A stretch of DNA of 62,952 nt, filler included, from Hyphochytrium catenoides (GCA_900088475.1; 6 parts of 6 records of this genome joined end to end with filler, not necessarily neighbours in it); one strand, 5' to 3'. Counted from the first letter of the whole stretch, positions 48,623-60,979 are shown. Notes: generated from the sequence alone by a model not told the origin. A program made the numbers and translations.

Positions 48623-50922
48623 CTCTCCCCTGTCTCTCTCTCTGTCTCTGACATCTCTTCTCTCTGTGTGTCTCTCTCTCTTTTCTCATGTCTCTCTTCT
48701 GGTGTGCCTTGTCTGTACGTAGAACTATAGTGCATAGGGATAGAACGCTCTCGCTAGTAGTAGTGTAACTTCCCTCTCCCTGGCTTCCCGCCTCTCTCTC
48801 TCCCTCCCTCTCTCCTCTCTGCATGCTCCTCAAAGTTCAACTCCGCTTCAAGGGCCGTAGTAATAACTCAGACACCTCGATCTCCAACCACGAGACGAGA
48901 TAGAGAAAGAAGAGAGGGAAGTGAGAGAAAGCAGCTGAAAGAGAGAATCGAGCTTCCTGATGCACCAAAGAGGAGAAAAAGAGGAAGAAGAGAGAAAAAA
49001 GAAAAAGAGAGAAAAGGACTACATTTTCATAAATGGTAAAAGCAGGAGTGGGAGGAAGACCAGGACTGCAAGACAGAGTCTAAGAGAGGTAGACACATTC
49101 AAAATTCCAGCGACGTTCCATTATCTTGAAGGAGGCGGACGACAACGAGAGAGAGAGACAGAGAGTGAACCACGACAGGTGCAAGAGGGACAAGAGAGAG
49201 AGAGACAGAACGAGAGAGAGAGAGTTGAGGTGTGCCATGGCCATGGAGAGAAGAGACTCAAGAAATTTAAAAGAGAGAGAAAAGGAGCTGCAAGCCCGTC
49301 ATGCTCCAGACCCAGCGAAACACGGCACAAGGACGAAGAGTTCTTATGAGTTCCTTGAGGAGGAGGAAGAACGGGAACAGAAAGGGAACAACCTTATTTA
49401 TTCTGTTGCCTCCTGTCTTTTTTTCGCTCCTTTGACAGCGGCTGATGGCTGATGGCCCTCGCTGCTAGTGAGAGAGAGAGAGGAGAAAGAGAGAGAGGGA
49501 TGAGAGAGAAAAGAGAGAGAGAGACATTTTGATGATAGCAGGACAGAGAGAGAAACAGTTGTGAGAGCATGAGATGATAGACAGCGCGTGATATCAGGAC
49601 GATGGAAGGAAACTGCATTATCATGGCCAGGGCAGGAGACAGAGTACGACGCGACAAAAAGTAAAAAGCCAAGCGGGTTGGTGGGGGAGAAAGAAAGAGA
49701 CAGTTAGACTTTGCAGGTCAGAGCTAGAGCGAAAGGAAGAACGGAGAGAAAGAAGTGAAGGCCGCTCTATCGCAAGGTGCATCCCAAGGCCATCTTCTCG
49801 CTCCTCTCTCTCTTCTTCTTCTTTTCTGACTCTTCTCCTCTCAATCAAGCAGCTTCTCCCCTCAGCATCACCATGAGAAAACAGAGCAGGAATCTCTATA
49901 TGTAGGACCAGGGGCATTCTACGGCGGTGACCTCTTCAGAAGTGGTGGTGGGCGGCGGAGGTCAAATGAGTCTTCTGCGTGCCTGGGCTGTCGAGAAGAG
50001 GAAGGAGGAAACCTCAGGGGAGGGGCGAGGGACGGGGGAGAATAAGACCGCGCAGCTGCTGAGGAGCCTACTCTGTCTTCCTTTCCTGCTTCCTGCCTGT
50101 TGTCAGTAGTTCTGAAGAGACTAATGGCCCCGAGGCCATGGGTGAGACAGAAGAGTGAAGAGGTGCGCGTAGATAATAAACTAGCTATTGTATGTCTATT
50201 ATCATGCTCAGCGAGCGAGAGTAGCGAGAAAGCAAAGAAGCAGCGCAGCCTCAGCGGAGGAGGAAGAGGATGAAGGGAAGGAGAGCATGAGAGAGAGGAG
50301 ACAGAGGGCAAAGTAAGAGGGAGACTAGCAGCTTTCAAAGAGAACAATCGCCAGGCAGCAGGGCAACCCTTGAAAGCTTCTGCCGCTGGGAATGGCAGCA
50401 TAAGCGTCATTTCTCTCTCCTCCTTCCTCCACCCGCTGCTGCTCCGATCAGTCTCGAAACTGAGAGAAGAGAACTCTTGAGTCGACCATCATCCCGCTTC
50501 CCTCTGCTCTCCTCTGTCGTTTCTTCTTCTGCTGGAACAACAACCAGGCGGCGGCTGCTGATCTCCAGTCTTTCTTCCTCTTCTTCCTCCTCCTCCTTCG
50601 ACGCATCGACTACTATCAAAGAGAAGAGAGAGAGGAGGAGGAGGAGGGCACCATAGGGGGAGAGAGGCAGTGGCTTAGAGCCGGTAACGCTCATATCAGG
50701 TAAGGATAGCGGTTAGCGGCCATGTCGGTGGGCCATTGGTTACAGGAAGGGAAGGAGGAGGAGGACTGTCTGATTCTGTGTCCAAGGAGTGGGAGATGAC
50801 ACAGAGAGAGAGAAGAGAGAGNNNNNNNNNNNNNNNNNNNNNNNNNNNNNNNNNNNNNNNNNNNNTTAATTAATTAANNNNNNNNNNNNNNNNNNNNNNN
50901 NNNNNNNNNNNNNNNNNNNNNT

Positions 50923-51502
50923 TTCATTGAAATATATCAGAAAGTTTCAGTATAACAGGATTGCCGCTAGCAGGTATATGACTGTACCGGTAGCCGGTAC
51001 TGGCTAGATGTTTTGGAAGTCGGCGGGACCGGGTAGCCGTAGTGCCCAGTGGAGCTCGTTGGCTGCTCCAGGGGGCCGACTTGATCTTGGTCTCGGTCGG
51101 GATCACAATGGTCCAGTGGGTGGCTCAGAGGCCTCAGAACAAGTCTCCGAGTCCTGGTGGACGCGTGGGCCCATAACCTGTTAGATTTGTATGGGATGAT
51201 TGGACAATGTCATTAGATGAGAGTGCTCTACTTATAAGCCCAACTGGGGTCCCATAATCTAGAGCTATTCTGACTATGCCAACTATTCCTAATAAACCCT
51301 AAGATATTCAGTCATAGAGAAATCCCTGTCTAGAACAGTCAGTCCTGAAGGTATTCCGGGGTACTGACCATAAGCCATAGATATAAACAGGGACATTTCG
51401 TTTGCTTCATATCTCGGCTTCTACTGGGAGTTTGGAGCTGAAACTTGAGTAGTTAAGCTTGCCAGCTTGTAGGCCACATAGCTGTGCCCTCAGACTCCAA
51501 CA
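50923..51502 (-). mobile_element. 5' LTR (51502-51179), primer-binding site and start of the internal region of a Ty1/copia element
   Basis: TGTTGG...CTAACA is immediately followed by GGTTATGGGCCCAC (51178-51165), the copia-type PBS complementary to the anticodon-arm region of initiator tRNA-Met. Confidence 0.88.
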
Positions 51503-53722
51503 CTTTCGGGTAACACAGTCATTTTCTGGTCACTATTGCTGCTTCCAAAAGAAAACGAGTCACTTTCCAGTCCTTTTTGTAGGCGTACAAGCTGTGTTTG
51601 TGCTGCTACCTGTGTATCCTCGACCACCCATCTTTGCCCACCCATCATTCCAGAAACAATACAATGGATGTCAGCGGCCCCACGGGTGGCCGAGGTTACT
51701 GCCCCAGTGATTGATATATAATAAGGGGGCAACCCCCATTTTTTGGTACGAAGATCTTCACCTAGGGAGACAAAACACAGCTCAAAACACCACCACAGCG
51801 AGCGTTAGTGAAGACGATTCAATTCAAATCGATGCAGTCAGTCGTCAGAAGTCAGAGCACAGAAGCAGGTGCTTCTCTTTCCCTTGTTCTTCATAGAGTC
51901 TTTGTCTATCAAGCTCTCAGTCTAATAAGCACCGCGGCAGCTTCACGAAGTCGAGTCTCCCTCCACCACCCTCTCTGCTGGTTGCTGCGCTGGTTGCTGG
52001 CATAGAGTTGTCAGTTGGCCGCCATCGCGTCTATCCTGATGCCATCCTTCATCATTGTGACCAGCAGCTATACAATGTCAACGATATGCAACCCAAAGAT
52101 TGCTCGATCAGCTTCCTCCCATTTTTCAGATTGCTGTTGGCACAAATTCCTGAAACCCTTCTTTATCCCCCGTGAAGAATCAAGTCCTGCTTTCGTACCA
52201 GAACCAAGCTTCAATCTCTCGGAGATATGGCCAAGTACGTTGCTGTTCAACTACTCCAGGTCGTCAAAGTCGAGCGTTTGTTGATTCCGACGCCGGTGTG
52301 ACCTGAGGAACCTCCTCACCATGACCATTCCCGTAGTGCAGCACGGAAAGGTGGTAGCAGAGTCCTTATTAGTCCCTCCTCCTTCCTGCTCTTTCTCACT
52401 CATGATTTCATCGCTCACGTGCCATTGAACTGCCCTCCTCTATCATCAGGGAGAGCATCCGGTACCATCCCACCCTGGCGCGGATCATCATGCAACAGAA
52501 TATTATAATAGTAGGCCCTAAGAGTTCGCTGGTAAGACCCCTGACATTATTTGCGTCTTCTGGTAAGATCTGCGTACGTTGCTGACTCCATTTTGTGAAG
52601 CACTAGGGGATGCTATTGCTCGAAACCTGTTGCACAAGTCATCCCTACAGTAAAGCCCCGATTGCTACAGTACTAGAACTGACACTATTGATCCTGACCA
52701 CAAAAGGTGCGAAAGATTTGCCCTCCTTCTACTCGATCTCCCTTAACATTAACAGAAAAACTGGAGTCCTTCGATGTTTCTAGACCGTTTCGCTGTGTGA
52801 ACTGCAGGCTGCCTAACAAAATTCTCACAAGTCTGCTCCGTTGTTCCACCACCACGTTCTATAAATGTAGGGCTTTTGCGATTTTTGGGGGGGGGGAAAC
52901 CAAGACGACCTGAGTCAAAGGGAGAGGCAAGAGAAGTTGTTGACTAGTAGGTGGTAGATCTTCGCTCCTGCTAGCGTTTGGTGCTTCTGAGTGCCACTAT
53001 CCATATTTTTTGCTGCGAATTTTGATGTGCTACCTTCTCACTTCATGTTTTTCATGATAGCAGAGGTAGGGCTAGGGCATCCCATGGTAAGGATCGAGGG
53101 AGGCAAGGCAAGCGTGCCATCGATCGAGACAATTTGAGCAACTGTGGAAGCCCTAAGCCAGCGGATAGCACCAGCTCGTGATTAAGGTCACACATTCGCA
53201 ATCAGGCCAAAGGAGAGACCCCTATCGTTGAAGCGAGCAGATGAGTCATGATAGAAGCAGATGGTTCTCTCTCATGAAGTCTTGTTGACCACATCAAGCG
53301 AGAGAGACGGTAGAAATTTAGGAGTGCTCAGCAGCAAGCACTTTGTGTGACGTGTATCTCTTCTAGTTGTTTCTGGGACAGCTTAATAAGGGTCGGAACA
53401 TAGATTCTTGAATAGAATATAAGCCTAAGCCGAGTAATAAAAATGACTCGGAAGTGACATGCGCCAGCACAAAGAAAGCGATAAAAAAGACGATGATGAC
53501 CCATTACTAGTCAAAAAGTGACTAGCTATGGAAGCAAAGTGATCAAAAAATGACTGTTGCTATGCAAATCATATGAGCAAAAGTGACCGAAAAATGACTG
53601 AGGGATTACTAATCCTCACGTTTGGTATTCTGGAAGAATTCCTCACCATGCGGTCAGAGAATAATGACCTTTTTGTGACTGTTGTAAGTGACCGGAAAAT
53701 GACCACTTTTGGAGTTACAGTG
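51503..53722. mobile_element. Putative CACTA/CMC-type non-autonomous DNA transposon, left end truncated by the LTR insertion
   Basis: The right end reads CACTGTAACTCC on the minus strand and breaks a copia RT frame (NAVGSL|). AAAA(T/G)GAC subterminal repeats cluster at about 53440-53705, and an inverted GTCATTTTC.GGTCACT copy lies at 51518-51534. Confidence 0.55.
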
Positions 53723-55520
53723 ATAAGACTGCCAACAGCATTCCTGTACGGTATCTTGAGTAAATATTGCTCCTCTTCAGAAGTCAATGTAGAGAGAGAG
53801 TCTGCCTTGGGTAGCTTTTCACCAGGAGTAACAGGCGTGCTGATTGGGTTACAATCTTCCATGCCATAACGCTTCAGGAGGTCTTGAATAAATCTTCGTT
53901 AGCGAAGGTAAATCTTCCGATTCTGTCGATCCCTAATTGCGAGCCCGAAGGGCGACCCTCACTTTCAACCCACAGGGGCTTCAGCACAAATGGACTTTTT
54001 TGTGTTGTCTGTGTGTCTGCCTGTCTGTCTGTCTGTCTGTGAGCAAAATTTCACTATTTGCATTTTTACTAATCACTGTTTGGGCTTTTTCTTTGGGTTC
54101 GAATCAATGTTTGTGTACTTTGGAGATAGAAAAGGGGTCAGAGAAGGAGCGAAAGAGTTTCTATGAACATAAATCGAATTTGTAACGCAAGACGTATCAC
54201 TATAACCGAGACACATCGCGTGCTTCTACGCGAATTTGTGTTGTAACCTCATATTACCTGAGATGCATCACCTACAATCCTGTTTTTTTGCTCTAGGAGC
54301 TGAGGGTGAAGGTGACATGTCACGCGACTCTTTCAGCAGTCGAGAGTTGAGAAAGTTTCGCTGAATGTTTCGCCACTCATTCACTCACTCACACTCATCA
54401 CTCACTCACTACTCTGCTAAAGGAAGCGTGGGTGAAGGAGTAGAGAGATCATTAAAAGTGTGCCTACCTCCTCTAGGAAATACTAACTGATAGAACTAGT
54501 TCTAGAGTTCTAAAACATTGTAGAATGAATGGAGAGCTCCTGGTGTTACTTGTACAACTAAATGAGTGATCCAAGCATCTTCCACTCATAATGCAGCCGA
54601 AGGCTGGATTACGCACTAGTAACGTCGGGCGAGCCCTAGGCGAAGCCTAAAGCTATTGATAACTTCAAATTCTGAGAAGTATTGGAGTTCTCCTAAGTCC
54701 TTCACATCAAATCTGTCCTTTAGAAGTCCTTTAACTTGATCCGCACGATTGTTGCTTGGCGCGAACATCAGCAGGTCGTCTACGAAAGTCGAAACGATGG
54801 TCGGCTTGCCATCCTCCCCGGACCTGTCGATGTAGACGCAAGGTTCACACAAGCTGGGTTCAAATCTGTTGTCGCGAAGATAACTGTCTAATACTTTGTT
54901 CCATGGGCGAGGACTTTGTTTGAGCCCATAAATGCTGCGCTTTAGCTTACAAACCAGATGTTCCTGTCCTGGTTGAGCGAATCCCGGGGGTTGACGCATG
55001 TATATGGTCTCGTCAAGATCTCCATGGAGAAAGGCAGTTCGAATATCCAGATGATGAATGTCAAAGTCATACATCGCAGCTAAAGAGAGGATACATCGGA
55101 CGGACTCATAGCTGACCACTGGAGCGAAGACCTCGTCGGAATTAATCCTGTGAGTAGAGGTATTGGATCTATGACTTTGTAGTTCTGGAAAAGCGGCCGG
55201 TCGTGACATGATCTGTGGCACCGCTATCAGTTCCACCGTGCTGCGGTGTTGCTCTCTGTGAAAGCCACTTTTGCTTGTGATTTTGAGGGGGTTCTTTTAC
55301 TAATAAATGCCGCAAATGCGGCTGCAGGCTTTGGAGCTGGCTTACTATCTTTACCCTTAGTGCGCGGGATTTCCACCCCGCCGAACGACGATGAGCATTG
55401 GCCTCCAATTGCCAACATAGTTCTGCACGATGGGTGTGATGAACTTTACAGAGCTGGGTGGCAATGCCTGAAGCTTCTGTATGGGCACAATCTAGATGAA
55501 ACGATAACAAAGGGACTTGG
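53723..55520 (-). mobile_element. Internally deleted Ty1/copia element A (gag/protease remnant fused to RT), split by the HINE-like insertion
   Basis: DSGATDHVT protease motif near 55210; EVFAPVV...HLDIRTAFLHGDLDETIYMRQPPGF...KLKRSIYGLKQSPR...FVDDLL...DLGELQYF.EFEVI|RDRQNRKIYL...MEDCNPISTP...PYRNAVGSL. Confidence 0.9.
53937..54660 (+). mobile_element. Non-autonomous Helentron/HINE-like repeat, copy 2
   Basis: 5' hairpin GCCCGAAGGGC (53943-53953), (GTCT)n tract, 3' hairpin CAGCCGAAGGCTG then CGCACTAGT (54594-54620). Removing the insert restores the copia RT codons GTT ATT AGG with no TSD longer than AT. Confidence 0.75.
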
Positions 55521-57533
55521 TATTGATGTGTGATGGAGATTTCTATGAATGATCACTCAGTCCTGAGAGCCTGGTCTGGACTCGAGATCTTTTGCTCGGC
55601 CCAGCTTCCCTCATCATCTCTCTCTCCTGTTGTGCTGTTCCTGTGTTCTTCTGGAAATTCTTCTCACATCCCTCTTTCCCATAACACAGGTGTACCCGCA
55701 ACGTCTATGTCCCTGAGAGCTAGGTGTGTATAGAGAGGAGTGACTACTGTACCACTGACAACGAACATTGTAGCACTCAACACTCCCCCTCATACCGAGC
55801 TTCTCTGGATCATCAGTGGTGAGGGTCGAATTAACTCACCTAATTGTCGGTCTACTCACTCTCTCCCCCTCAGACGAAGCTAGGTGGGTAGAAGTGGCAA
55901 GAGTACTGACACTAGGAGGGAGCACTCCAAGGTGAGGACGCAGTGTCCGAAAGAGAGGAGCAGGTAAAGGCTTGGTGAGGCAATCGGCTACCATAGCTTT
56001 AGAGGGAGTATAGACCAGCTTAATTTTCCCATTGGCGACCTTCTCTTGCAGGACACAGTGCTTGACATCTAAAGTCTTTGACTTTGGTCGTGAAGAGGAG
56101 CAGAGGACAATTGCGCTTTGGTTGTCCTGATTAACAGGGATGGGCAGCTGGTTGGAGAAGCCAAGCTCGCCAAGGAAAACACTGAAGTGCTCTGCGACCT
56201 GGCTTGCGGACCAAAGAGAGACGCACTCCGCTTCCGTGGTTGACGACGCTCTGAGAGATTTGTTCTTTGACTTCCATGCAAAAGCACCTCCGTTGAGGCT
56301 CAAGAAATAGCCTGTGATAGACTTGCGGTCAGCTGGGTCACTAGCCCAATCAGCATCAGCCTGGACAGAGAGTTGAATAGGGGTATCTCCCCCTAGACAC
56401 AAGGAGTAGTCTTGGGTGGCCTTCAGGTAGGTGAAGATTTGTTTGACAGCCTCCCAGTGAACGTGGCGGAAGTTAGTGACGTGTTGGCTCACAGCTTGTA
56501 CCGCATAAGCGATATCAGGCCGCGTGCACACCATGACGTACAGCAAGGAACCCACTGCTTGACGGCAAGGAGTGCGAGCCAACCGGTCAGCGCCATCATC
56601 AGAAAGAGGAATGGTAGAAGCTTTGGGCAAGTACGTCTTAGGTATCGCTGGGATAGGATTGGGGTAGGCATCAAGTAGGTTGAAGCGGTCCAAGATCTCG
56701 GTAATATACTTGACTGTCGAAGGTAAATCTTCCTATCTAGCAGCTCGAATCCCGCTTTACTTGGATGCCCAAGTAATATTCTAACTCCCCAGATCGGTGA
56801 CGGAGAAACGAGCAGACAGCATAGTCTTGAGACCTGCAATTTGTCCGGTGGTGGGAGCAAAGAGGAGCATGTCATCCACGAAGACGCCGACGGTCTCAAG
56901 GTCCTCAGGTCTCGAAGAGTGGCGCTTGACGTATACCCCAAAGTCACAAACGCTGCGCTGGAACCCTTGCTCAATCAGATAATGGTGCGGCGTGTCATTC
57001 CACATCTTGAGGCTCTGGCGGAGACCATATATCGACTTCTTCAACCTCCAGACGTGATCTTCTTGTCCAGGGGTTGTAAATCCCGGCGGTTGACGCATGT
57101 ACACCTGCTCGTCGAGATTACCGTTCAGGAAGGCGGTCTTGATATCGACGTGATGCACTTCTAGTTCCAGCGTTGCAGCGAGCGAGAGAAGGCAGCGGAC
57201 AGTGTCATGCCCTATCACTGGAGCAAAGACCTCGCTAAAGTCANNNNNNNNNNNNNNNNNNNNNNNNNNNNNNNNNNNNNNNNNNGTAATGGCGGCTAGC
57301 CATTCTGTGGCATGAGGTCCAGAGAGTGCCTCGCGGACTGTTTTCGGTTCAGAAACATGAGAAGATTAGCCTGGCCTACTGGAAAAGAGAGAGAGTCTTC
57401 TTGTAGCAGTCTATTACGAGTACGAGTGATAGGACCGAGTGGAGAAGCGATTGTGGTCGGAGAGGAGGGAGAAGAAGCTGCGGGATGAACTTCGTTTTCG
57501 TCAAGCTCGCTCGTCTCCGTCCCATCAGCAACG
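55521..57533 (-). mobile_element. Ty1/copia element B (RT-RNaseH, PPT, 3' LTR about 55782-55521) nested in element A
   Basis: VDIKTAFLNGNLDEQVYMRQPPGF, FVDDMLL, CTRPDIAYAV, DADWASDPADRKSITGY, ADCLTKPL; PPT GAGGGGGAG is followed by TGTTGAGTGCTAC. Confidence 0.92.
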
Positions 57534-57578
57534 TGTTGAGTGCTACTATGTTCGTTGTCAGTAGTACAGTAGTCACTC
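57534..57578 (+). mobile_element. Start of an LTR of the same family as element B, in opposite orientation, cut by the contig end
   Basis: TGTTGAGTGCTACTATGTTCGTTGTCAGTAGTACAGTAGTCACTC matches the reverse complement of 55738-55782 with two mismatches. Confidence 0.85.
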
Positions 57579-59112
57579 NNNNNNNNNNNNNNNNNNNNNN
57601 NNNNNNNNNNNNNNNNNNNNNNTTAATTAATTAANNNNNNNNNNNNNNNNNNNNNNNNNNNNNNNNNNNNNNNNNNNNTCTCTCTCTGTCTCTCTCCTCT
57701 CTTTCTCTCTCTGTTTCCCTGCCTCTAATCTCTATCCGCCAACTCTGTCTCCCAAATTCCCACTCTATCTGCGCCATTTGTTACTGTCCTGAAGTTGTCC
57801 AATGTCCTCTGTCTTGCTACTTTGTCTCTTGCCTCTCAGGCGATTCCAAGGCTAAGTTATCCTGCCAAAGAGCCCTGGAAGCCTAAGAGTTCCACAGACC
57901 TATGAAGATATACACAGGGGCTCTTGGAAGCCTAAGAGCTAGAGAGGGACCTCAGAAGTCTAAGGTATTCTCAAGGGCCCACGGAAGCCTAAGATTAAGA
58001 CCTCGACAACTACAGAAAGGCTAAGGGACACACAGACAAAGGAACTACCGTTTTGCAGCTGTGCCTCTTCGTAGTTGTGAGGGTAGACAGAGTAGAATGT
58101 TAACCTAAGGTACTTGGCACAAGAGATGGCACGACAGCAGACGCAATGACTTATGTATAGTCTCGAAGCGAGGGCCGCCGGCTGGTCCTGCTGCTGCTAG
58201 AGCCAGAGCTCCAGCGGGCGAACAGTGCTAGTGCAAAGCTGAGAGGAAAGGATGCTTGAGGTGCTAACAACCAGCGTGAGCAGGTACGTGGACTCATCCC
58301 TAGCCCGGCGTCATGATGATCGATCTAGGAGCCCACCAAGTCTGTTGCTGCTGCTGGCGGCATCGCGGTTGGTGGGAAGAATGGATAGTTCTGGAAGTTG
58401 CTTAATAGCGTTAGGACGTGTGAAGAGTAGAGAGACAAGGAACGCGAGAGACTTTAGGGGATTGAGGAAGATAAGTATAGCATTGGGAGGTGGAAGAGAA
58501 GAAACTTCTTCCTAATGAAGGAAACTGAGGGCGTGCGTGGGTCCTAACGGGAGAGATGGGGACAGGAGACTAACAAAGAACGAAGTGATGAACCTATAAC
58601 AGACGGTAGCAGGAGCAAATCGTAAGTAGCAGAGCAATCTAGCTATGATGATGACAAACGACATGCAGCGTCACACAACGGCCATCATCGTATGCTAAGA
58701 TGAAGCACGCCACGAATTAGAGCGTGATCATTGGAGCGTCATGAGCAGTGATGACATGCCGGCCTAACCCCATTATTTTGTGCTCTTCGTTCTCCGAGTC
58801 CTTCCAAGAGAGAGACTTTTGTCGCGTTATTAGGAGCAGAGAACTTTTGAACTCAGGGGAAGATTCTAAGTCTACCAATTCTTGGTGAGAGGTCGCCTTC
58901 TCCTTTCCGGGATGAGATGCTTGGTCCCTTAACGATAGCAGGTCTCGATAAGATGGAGTCTGTTACGCAACAGGACGACGAGGAAACGACCCTGACCTCA
59001 AGACCTTCCTCTTCAGGTTCATGGCTGTTGGCACGACCATCATCCTGCTGCGGTCAGCAGCACTAGTTCGTCCTAATCCGCGCCTGCTTAGCGAGACTGT
59101 GGGAAGAGTAGT

Positions 59113-59770
59113 CTACGATACGAAGTCGGTAAAGGCTGAATAAGACATTTTGAGCATCAGGATCAGGACGTTGGAGCTTCTGTTGATGAGGAACTCGGCA
59201 ACAAAGGATAGGCTCCACTTTGACTTTTGAGCTTCCTGCTTCGCTTCCTCTTCTTCAACCAGTTCACCATGTTGCAGATCTACAGTCGATATGAGCACGT
59301 GCCTGCCGGCAGACGGAAGTAGATGAGTCCAGTCGCAACGATGGCGTACATGGAACACAGGGCAACAAGCTCATTACGCATCTGCTTTTTAGTAGACGGA
59401 GGCCAGGCGTCGTAGAAGATACAGGCACTGCAAACAAAGACTGTGGCATTAGCACAGAAAAGCAGCCGAGAGATTGAGAAGCAGAAGACGGCCCATCCGC
59501 AGATTGCCATGAGGCAGTCATCTACTAGCAGCACAAGCGCCTCAAAGGTCTTTAAGCTACTTCGAGCGAGGATCCTAGAGTTAAGAAAGGAGATCTGATA
59601 GAAGACAAGGAGGTAAGCGTGACTTGGAAAGGCGATCCCTGCCAACATCGCCAAATCCCGCAGCCTCTGAAGGGGATCCAGCCTTGTAAAAGCGTCGACC
59701 TAACAAAGCGCTCCATAACGGTCAAGTTGCTATCGCCTTCTGTGAGCTCCACGTAAGGCTGCACAGCCAA
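59113..59770 (-). pseudogene. Frameshifted multi-pass membrane protein remnant
   Basis: Three overlapping minus-strand frames (59770-59552, 59654-59280, 59358-59113) join into one hydrophobic protein-like sequence via two frameshifts; no family recognised. Confidence 0.4.
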
Positions 59771-60599
59771 AATGACCCGCTTCGTTGCGTGCCACGCCTT
59801 GCTAGAGTNNNNNNNNNNNNNNNNNNNNNNNNNNNNNNNNNNNNNNNNNNNNNNNNNNNNGTCCGGCCTGCCGGGGCCCCACCGTTGTTCGTCGCTCTTT
59901 GAGTCTTGGGTTGCTTTGAGACAATAATCCTCTTGAGAGATTTGACCTCAACTTCAGTCATCATGGGCGGATGCTTGGCTTGGGCCAGAAGGTGTCGATC
60001 TCAGCTCTGGCCTCGAACAAGGACTTTGGGCAGCATTGTCGTCCAAAGTTGGCCTACCGCGCAGATTCGTTACGAGGGGAAAGCACAGGCGAGCAGCCAT
60101 GGACTCGAACTCCTCCTCCATGATGGTGGCTACTACTGGACCACCAGAAGGTGAAATGGAAGGAGCCACCGCCAGCAGCCAACAACGTTGGGTCATGCCC
60201 ATACGCGTCGTTAGATGACTGTCTCATGATCGAGAGATGTCACGACGAGGATGGGAGCAACAGCGGCTCACCGAGCGTAGGTCACCTGATCACAAGATAG
60301 CACGACAGCTAACGCCTAGCCTCCCTTACTATAGGTTGATCGTGAGACGATGACGAGGTAGAATCTGTTACTTGCCTCAGGTTGCTTCTTCTATCTACTA
60401 TCTGCAGGCGGGTCAACAAACAAGGTCGCGTAGTAATAATAAACAAGGATAGACACTGTCCCCCGCAGCATCATCACCAGGACCACCTCCTGATGGGAAA
60501 CAAGACGGCAGCAGGAGGCAGGGCCCCGCCCTCCTCCTCCCAGCCTTCCTTTCATTGCTTGCCAATAATAGAAGACCCTCCTCGTCGTCCTCCTCCTCA

Positions 60600-60979
60600 G
60601 GTGTCTGCTGCTGCTGGTGGCCGGTAGTAGTCCTGCTGGTACTATGTATAGGGTCTGCTGCTGCTGCTGGTGACCGGTAGTAGTCCTGCTGCTAGTACTA
60701 TGTATAGGCTCTGCTGCTGCTGCTGGTGGCCGGTAGTCCTGCTAGTACTATGTATGGGGTCTGCTGCTGCTGCTGGTGGCCGGTAGTAGTCCTGCTGCTA
60801 GTACTATGTATGGGGTCTGCTGCTCCCGCTAGTACTATGTATGGGGTCTGCGGCTGCTGCTGGTGGCCGGTAGTCCTGCTAGGACTATGTATAGGGTCTG
60901 CTGCTGCTGCTGGTGGCCGGTAGTCCTGCTGCTAGTACTATGTATGGGGTCTGCTGCTGCTGCTGGTGGCCGGTAGTCC
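60600..60979 (+). repeat. Variable-unit minisatellite (about 50-60 bp; CTGCTGCTGGTGGCCGGTAGTAGTCCTGCTGCTAGTACTATGTATGGGGT), about 7 units, cut by the contig end
   Basis: Directly visible tandem units with variable CTG and TAG triplet numbers. Confidence 0.9.

Noticed and set aside
49919-50694. Two minus-strand ORFs overlapping at ATGA
   Set aside because: Low-complexity purine/pyrimidine-biased DNA without protein-family signal.
42265-51502. Inverted 315-bp repeats apparently bracketing ODC like a giant TIR element
   Set aside because: They are LTRs (one solo with its own TSD, one with a PBS) on different contigs.
60726-60923. Cys-rich peptide ORF (CCCCWWP)
   Set aside because: Translation of the minisatellite.
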